NCBI GenBank assembly: GCA_951406725.2
Contig: OX597815.1
Coordinates: forward strand, 54,746,001-54,810,000
Reading direction: 5' to 3'
DNA: 64,000 nucleotides
Origin: Octopus vulgaris
Lineage: Eukaryota
Shown: piece after piece, positions 56,211 through 64,000 of the stretch
How positions within the stretch are numbered: the stretch's first letter is position 1
Layout of the letters: each line of letters starts with the position of its first letter
Notes under the pieces: generated by a model
Databases searched by the model: none
Seen by the model: only the letters and a program-made list of their open reading frames with translations
What the model was told of the DNA's origin: nothing
Translations under genes and position numbers: made by a program

Positions 56211-56791
56211 TGTCTCCCTGGAATATTCCTCTTCTAATGAGGATGGCTTTGGTTTTTATGAGTCCCTCTTTTGTTTAGAGCTGTAGCACTGATGTACTTT
56301 TCCTTTTAAGTGTTCTATTTCTATTTCTGATATTTTTTTCTTTTTCAGAATATATGTTCGTTTGATAGCTAGTTTATTAGGGTTCATTGCTGTATCCAAG
56401 TCTTTATTTAGGTTATTTTACTTCAAGAATTTATATGTATATGTTGTGATATTTTCCTTCTTTGGGTAGAAGAGTGCTGCAAAATAAGCGTATAGGATTG
56501 AAAAATAGTCTTCACGTGTCCATTTATGCTAATGGCCTTCATGACACAAAACTCTGAATTCGAAAGAGGGGGAGTGATATTCGAATCGAGCGCATTTCGC
56601 ATACCAGAAGATTTGCTTCTGGTGCGAATGTCGCTCAATTCCTACTTAAAAATTCGAGAGAGCTTTCCGGAGGACGTGGGAAACCCGAACGTGAGACCCA
56701 CATCGATGCTCTAAAAGAGGTTTCCCCCAAAAAAACACCAATTATGGAAGTCGAACCACCCGACCTTCACAAGACCCCGGGAGGTAAGTAA
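56211..56791 (-). mobile_element. 5' end (structured UTR plus N-terminal coding) of an R4/Dong-type LINE
   Basis: Minus strand reads HKWTREDYFSILYAYF..NKLAIKRTYILKK, resembling the Dong N-terminal KWT.E..(L)A.Q.R.I.K motif; GC-rich hairpins upstream. Confidence 0.6.
56716..56791 (-). ncRNA. U1 snRNA-like miniature sequence (candidate)
   Basis: TACTTACCT..GGGG..GAAGGT..GGTGGTT-CGACT.CCATAATTGGTG..TGGGGGA in U1 order, with the middle of U1 absent; compared with the vertebrate U1 sequence from memory. Confidence 0.45.
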
Positions 56792-56799
56792 ACCTTTCC

Positions 56800-57860
56800 C
56801 TTTTACATTATTTACATTATTTACATTTGACGGGCATTTGTCTTCATCTTGTTTGTTGTTAACACAACGTTTCGGCTGATATACAGTGAGCTGTATATCA
56901 GCTGTTTTGTGTTGGTGTTGGTGTTGTTCAGCATGTCATCCACTGAGCCGCTTCCTTGTGGATATAATTAGTTCATTAGCAGGAAAGTCAACATCATACG
57001 TGAATAATTCCACCCACTACACATAATCGATCAAGTCTACCCCCAAAGAATCCAACCAGATGGTGAGTCTAGATGTGATTAGTCTCTTCACCAAAGTCCC
57101 AACTGGTGAAGCACTATCGGTGATTCAAGGAAAACGCACCAGTATACCAATAAGAAACTTGATGGAAATGTTGACCTTCTATGTAGAAACTACCCATTTC
57201 AATATGGACACTGATATATATCGACAAGAAGAGGGTTTAGCTATGGGTTCGCCATTCTCAGCGATAATAGCAAATATATACATAGAATACTTTGAGAATT
57301 TTGCTTTAGGATCAACACCACTAAAACCAGCCTTATGGCTACGATATGTTGATGACACCTTCATACTCTGGCCCCACCAGGAAGATGTCCAAACGCTGTT
57401 TGATCATGTGAACTCATTAAAGCCATACAGTTCAGAATGGAAAAGGAAAAGGACAATCAGCTAGCATTCCTGGACGTATTAATAACACGCACCAAGTATC
57501 TATTCAGGACATCCGTATACCGCAAGCCGACCTTCAGTGCTTAAAACATCGAGCAATGAATATAAGTAGCGATCGTGATACCCACCTCGAAGAAATGATC
57601 AAGCTCAGTAAAAATCTATTAAGCAACAACTACCCCAAAAACATACTCTCCACACCAATTATGAAGAAAAGAGAGGATGAAACCATTAAACTGTCTACAG
57701 TCTATCTACCCTACGGGAAAGGCCTCTCCGAAAAGATACAAAAGATATGCGGCCCATATGACATCAGAACAGTATTCAAAAGTAATACACTTCGCAAATA
57801 TCTCTTTCTAGTAAAACCACCAATAGAAGAGAATATGACCAAGAACTGCGTGTACTCCAC
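56800..57860 (+). mobile_element. Penelope/Poseidon-type PLE, decayed RT with an inverted pLTR remnant at 56800..56885
   Basis: MVSLDVISLFTKVP, EGLAMGSPFSAIIANIYIEYFE, WLRYVDDTF, LAFLDVLI, VYRKPT, LPYGKGLSEKI, NCVYS. Confidence 0.9.
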
Positions 57861-58369
57861 GCAGGAAGACAGAGAGACAGAAGTAGGGACAAAGGTGAAG
57901 AGAGGCTAGACTAGTGGTATGAGACCCACCGACCATCAAACAAAAACATACTTTTTTCACGATGTAACCGAATTAATCACCAATAAGGAAAAACACGCCT
58001 GAAACAGCTGTAGCAAACCATAACCCATTTGTGTTCTTTCTTTATGTAAACACCATTCTACTCTATGTTGGATATGGAACTTACATTGGCTCGTGAAACT
58101 GCATGCGGGAATGCATGGGTATGTAATTTCATGTACAGATATATTTATATTTATGTATAAAGTGATGTGGCCATGTACGTGTATATGTAAGTGTATGAAT
58201 ATGTGTGTATGTGCAAGCGGGCGTGTTTTGTATACGGTATATACAAGGATGCGCAGATCTCGACCCGCGCTTGGTGTCCTTAATATTAAAATATCTTGAT
58301 TCGAGTGAATCCTACAAATAATAAATACATAAAGAGGGGGAGGGGAGAAGGAAAAGGTAGACAGACAGA

Positions 58370-58383
58370 CAGACAGACAGACT

Positions 58384-58467
<84 letters not shown>

Positions 58468-58615
58468 CCTATGCATCCACATATATGCAATATCATGTTT
58501 ATATATGCATATATATATATACACATATACGCATACATACATACATACATGCATACATACATACATACATACATACATACATACATACATACATACATAC
58601 ATACATACATACATA
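58370..58615. repeat. (GACA)n/(GATA)n and (CATA)n microsatellites
   Basis: Direct reading. Confidence 0.95.
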
Positions 58616-59403
58616 CGTGCAGGAACAGAAAGTGGGATGCGCGTGCGTGGAGTAGTTTGGCAGAATAACAGCATATACTTTACCTTGTGCTTAGGTTTTT
58701 GGAGTCAACATACAAATGCCTTAGAGTAAAGGGTATGGGGAGTACATGAATTAATAAAAGACAAGAGGACAGGAGTCACGTCGGCACCATCATTAGCTAT
58801 AGGATGATGATGCATTGCTTTTTATGGCAGAAAAAAGTGTAAGCTTATGAATGTGTCTATGGAGTTCTTGTTCTTTCGTAATTCATTAACAATAGACTCA
58901 TAGGTTGATTGATTGAAAGATAGATATTATTCAACCTGATATTATGTATCAATCAATGTTCAGCAATGTTGTATATCACAAACCTCTTTACTTATCTCGC
59001 TTTTTATCAATATCTTTTTAGCTTTTTCTTTGACTTCCTTTTCCCAAATTCATGCATTCATTTATCTATTTTCTCTAGGTTTTATTATTTATTATTCATA
59101 ATTTTAAAAATTATTATTGTCGATTTGCTCCTTCTTTGTCTCTAAAAACGGGTCTTGCCAGGAACTTTTCCTAGGCAGCATATATTTTAATGATTTCCCA
59201 AGACCAGTTCATAACGTTTCGTTTTTGTTCAACTTTGTCTCACTCGTTATTAATTGTGTTTCGTCATTCAAACTCCATAGATTATGAAATGATTCTGAAA
59301 TGTCACAAACAATGTCCAGTCAGTTTAAAATACTTATTCGATTATTTTCCAGCTAACCATTGATGTACATGGAGGGTGCGTGTGCATGGCAATATGTACA
59401 TTC

Positions 59404-59632
59404 GCAGCGAACAGGCAGAAACTTTAGCACGCTGGGCGAAATGCTTAGCGGTATTTCGTCTGCCGTTACGTTCTGAGTTCAAATTCCGCCGAGGTCGACT
59501 TTGCCTTTCATCCTTGCGGGTTCGATTAAATAAGTACCAGTTACGCACTGGGGTCGATGTAATCAACGTTTCTCTTTGTCTGTCCTTGTTTATCCCCTCA
59601 ATGTTTAGCCCCCTGTGAGCAATAAAGAAATA
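59404..59632 (+). mobile_element. SINE family A with a Tx1-like 3' tail
   Basis: tRNA head (ggcagaaactttagc, gagttcaaattcc); MetaSINE-like body gtcgactttgcctttcatcc..taagtacc; tail agccccctgtgagcaataaagaaa. Confidence 0.9.
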
Positions 59633-60331
59633 AATATGCATATATGTATATACATAACTATATATAAATACAAGCGCTTACACACGCACATACATATATA
59701 CATACATACATACATACATACATACATACATACATACATACATACATGCATGCATGCATACATACATGCATGCATGCATGCATGCATGCACATACATACA
59801 TACATACATACATACATACATACATACATACATACATACATACATACATACATACATGCATACATATATATATATATATATATGGAGGAAAACATTTAGT
59901 AATAAATCTCTGAGCGGGAAGCAAGTAGTAACAGTACTACAGAGTAAAATCTATTTACCAACATAAATTAGCAATTCTGGTTAGGAAGATATTGCTACCA
60001 TTTTTAGCCTAAGGAAAACATCTTTTCATGCTGCGTCCTTGTACCTTGAACAAGAAAGCTAATGTCCCCATTCAGCCTTAAACGGCACCTGCGAACCATG
60101 GTTTCTGAGTTATTTCTTTTCATTGGCACAGGATAACCGCTAGAGATGGCAGCACTAGGCCTTGTTCGAGGTATATCTGGTATTGAAACAACAAACAAGT
60201 GTATTAGTTTGACGCTCGGGAAAAATAGAAAAGTCTTCTACGGTTCGAGCCTACGCTCTTCGACAGAAAGGAATAAGAGGAAAGAGAGAGAGAATGGAAA
60301 AAACGTGTTGAGTTCAGTGGCCCAACATGGC

Positions 60332-60365
<34 letters not shown>

Positions 60366-60614
60366 ACTATATCTAAGCGTGTAACATTTTCACTACATTA
60401 GATCTGTCGAGAATTACATTAAGAGTACATGTACCTGTGGAATGCTTAACTACTTATATGCTCCTATTAATCTAGGAACAGGTAATTCAGTTGATCGAAC
60501 AATGAATCCTCATCGTCGAATGATGGAGAACCATCAACACTTTCTCTTTGTCCAAAATGACTGACCACTGTATATATCAATTTTATTTCCACTCTGTCTC
60601 TCTCCTTCTCTTTA

Positions 60615-60651
<37 letters not shown>

Positions 60652-62059
60652 ATCTCTCCCAAATGTCCAAAACGTTAGATCTTGCTTCTCCTCATAGAAT
60701 ATAACATTAATTTGTTTTGTACTTCATGATCGTGATGTTTGCTTAGGCTTTAGTTTTGTCTGTGATTCCTTGTTAAATATTCAACTCCTTATCGTTTCCT
60801 TGTGTTTTTTTAATGAAATTTGCAACTGAAAACAAAAGCAAAAAACTTTTGTTTAAAGGATACGTTTGTCAAAAGCGAAAAACTCATGTTTATAGGAAAG
60901 GTCAATGTGCCTGTGACTTATGGCTATTTTACTCCAAATACTCCTTATAGCCATTCGCACCCACCAAATCCGGGACGTATTTTTTACTTTAAAGATCATT
61001 TGGAAACTTTAAGCAACGCACAGAGCATTCGAATGAAACCTCATTTGTCATTAATAATTTTATGAGCGACCAATCTTTAAGCGTATATTGTGTGTTGTTG
61101 CATATATTCCTACAACTGATTTGTGTTCACGCAAATGACCTAACACTCATGAAATTGGCTGGTAATTTTCTGTTATTAGAAAGAGAGGATATTTATATTT
61201 ATTCCACATTGAAGAATTTATAAGTTATAGCAATGAAACAGAAGTGACTCTATGATGAAATATTTACTTATGTGTTACCTCGAAATCTCGAAATGCTACT
61301 TCACAATATCCTGTTGTCGTTTCTGAAATTAATACCTGTTCTAACCAAAAAAAAAATGGATGGATGATCACAAGTGGAACGCTTTTAACCATCGGTCTAC
61401 TCGATCAGCGTTTACCACGAGCTAAAGAACAGCTCGAAACCATGTTCCAATGTAGGAAATAATATTTAGTTGTATTTTATCATGTATTCTTACTAATTGT
61501 GATTCTCCACTAAAATCATTCAATATTTATGCTCACTGTATTTATAGATAATAGAAAGCAATTATTTACACCGGATAGTAGTTAAGTGGAATAATAAGAA
61601 ACTTTGTGTCAAATAATGTTAGTAACGATAACATTTGCGAAATTCTTTATTAATGTGGTGACTGTGTTAGATGTAATTGTATTACATATCAGCAGTTGAA
61701 TATTAGCTGAACGATAGCAAACAGAATGGAAACAATGGAGCTTTCACAATAGTTAAACAATATTCACCAGCTTTTGTGGATTTCGTGCCACTCATCAAAT
61801 TTTCTATTTAATGTATTTCAAACTAATAAAACTGGACGAGTGAATAACATTTCCGAATCCTGGTTCACTGACTATGAGTTCGCACGCCTATTCCTGAGTT
61901 GAGTTGTGATCCTTGATACCCTTTCGGACTGAAACAGCGCCATAAACAAACAAAGTAGATATTATAAAGATATAACGACATCGCTGTACAAATACTTCTT
62001 ACTTTTATATCATGAAGAGACAAAAGCCAATTGCACTCCTCTTTCTTAATGTACAGAAT

Positions 62060-62247
62060 ATTGGTTTCAAATTTTGGCTAAAGGCCAGCAATTGCGAGTG
62101 GAAGCGTAACCGGTATTTATTTTATTGACCCCGAACAATGAAAGGCAAATTCGACCGCGGAGGAATTTGAACTCAGAATGTAAAGATGGATGAAATGCTA
62201 CTAAGCATTTTATCCGGCACAATAACGATTCTGCCAGCTCGCCGCCT
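62060..62247 (-). mobile_element. SINE family A with a 14-bp target-site duplication
   Basis: TSD ttaatgtacagaat at 62046..62059 and 62250..62263; head ggcggcgagctggcagaatcgtt. Confidence 0.9.
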
Positions 62248-63724
62248 TATTAATGTACAGAATGTTGATTTCTAAATTTAGCAGGAGACTCCAAATTCTT
62301 CGACAGCAATATTTCGCCTATCACCACCCAATATGCCACAGCTTTCAATGATTATTGACCTTTAACATTTGTAAGATTTGGGGGCTAATTATCTGCGAAG
62401 TGCCATCATTTCAGGCGTGTGGACTTGGACCCAGGGGAAATTATATGTATTTCTCAACAAGGTCACCCGACAACCGTGTTGTAAATCGAACCAATGACTT
62501 ATGTTTGTGAATGTAACATGAAATTAGGCTATTAGGCTCACGTTTCAAATTTTGCTGGTGCATATTTTAGATCAGAACGGAAAAAAATATGTATCTTAGC
62601 ACTGAAAACATATTGTATCACCATACTGCTAGCATTGGTCCACGCACATTAACATTTCAAAAATGCACTTCATTCAAGTTTTTCCTTTTCCCAAATGGTT
62701 AAGTTAAGAAGGATATAATTTTCACAGATTTATGGTATTGAAGTGACTGTCTATCGATTTACTAATTGAAGATATTTACTTCTTGGATAAATTCTTATCA
62801 ACTCCCGAGTCAAGGTGGGAACAGCAAGTTCCCACGGTTTTTTATGCTATCTAATAGCAGTCAAATTTCCTTGAAATTTTTTAAGTATGGAATGACACAA
62901 TTTATAAAGTGTCCGGGGAAGGATATGATGGTCACAAATGAGACAGCTTTCACATAGCTTTGTTCTATGAAGACTGATTTGAGGCTTAACAATAATTACA
63001 ACAAAACTAGAGAGAGACGAGGTAGAGAACGTGAGAGGTAGTGCAATATTTGTATACCTGTTGTATTTCTCAATATTCACTTTCTACACGTATCTCATTA
63101 TGTGTCAACCCTATAAACATCGTTAATAGCCAACACATGTCGACACTTTTTCCATTCACTCCTGAGTATTAAAAAAATCATGTGCGTTGTTTTTTTTTTC
63201 TTTCGAAGTTACCAACATGAGCTCGATAATCTTATTACAATTTATACTTGGGTATCTAATATGCCAATTTTTCTTGGACAATGGAACTTGATTTACAACA
63301 TAAGAGAGACACCATGTCAATTTATCGTAATAAATTTAGCTGTATGTTGTAGGTGTGGATCTCGTGCTGCAATAAAAATCATTCGGTCACGGCTGTGAGT
63401 TATGCGCTTCTCAACCCCTGCTGAGATTCTTCTCCGTTTAATCTTATCAGATATTAGTCTTGTAGGCTGTTTTCTTGCAACCGTCTAAGATAGAAATTTC
63501 TATCTTAGTTTTTTTTAACAAATTTTGTTGTTATTTAGGCATTCTCTTCATATCGATCTGTTACCTTAGCCTCTTTTTTATATTTATTGGCTTCCTTGAG
63601 GACAAGTTTCTGTTCTGATCATGTTTTATCCTTTACTGGATATTTTTGTAGTTCTATGATAGATTATCATAATTTTCGAGATAGTGAAGGCTCTTCCTTC
63701 CTCTATTCGTAGTAAATATAAGTT

Positions 63725-63895
63725 TGCTGAGAGGAGCTTTAGAAAAAATGCATTGCTCTTGATGTACTGAGTTCAAATTCCGCCAAGATCAACTTTGCCT
63801 TTCATACTTCTGGGTCGATGAAATAAATTGCCAGTCAAGTATCGGAAAACACTCTTGTTTCAAACGTGCCAGCATGTGCCCTAAATTAGAAACGA
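63725..63895 (+). mobile_element. SINE family A, degenerate
   Basis: ctgagttcaaattccgccaagatcaactttgcctttcat..gggtcgatgaaataa. Confidence 0.75.
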
Positions 63896-64000
63896 TTTTT
63901 TTTCTTGTTTTCTTGCCTGATCTTGTTAATTCACTTAGCGTCCAGGCAAGAATATCATAACAATAAATTATTAATGAGATAACTAATGTATCGATTCCTA

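Noticed and set aside
57893-58012. Possible hammerhead (gTGAAGA..aggc/gcct-GAAACAGCTGTA)
   Set aside because: C3 is missing and stem I does not pair; kept only as a remnant box.
59404-59490. tRNA-like box A and box B as a tRNA gene (also other SINE heads)
   Set aside because: No complete cloverleaf; continues into a SINE body present in many copies.

Overview
AT-rich, repeat-dense eukaryotic (animal) intronic or intergenic DNA. No host protein-coding gene could be supported. The SINE, LINE and microsatellite repertoire resembles a coleoid cephalopod such as Octopus (inference, no database check). The window is a mosaic of decayed mobile elements: an RTE LINE, a 5'-truncated Tx1/L1-type LINE flanked by (GATA)n, several R4/Dong-type restriction-like-endonuclease LINEs sitting in (TAA)n or (CATA)n, Penelope-like elements (PLEs) and their non-coding foldback derivatives in (TA)n, a Helitron cluster, a Helentron-type element carrying a Gypsy integrase fragment, a Gypsy LTR with PBS, Tc1 and mariner remnants, and two tRNA-derived SINE families. 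The most interesting signals are RNA-level. There are about 5 intact-looking and about 8 degenerate minimal hammerhead ribozymes, one family with a compensatory U3-A8 core and several inside ORF-less palindromes. A U1 snRNA-like 75-nt head sits on the 5' end of a Dong-type LINE. A 555-bp structured non-autonomous element shares the RTE 3' end, and one SINE copy has a tail matching the Tx1 3' end. Most ORF-track entries are microsatellite or antisense artefacts.
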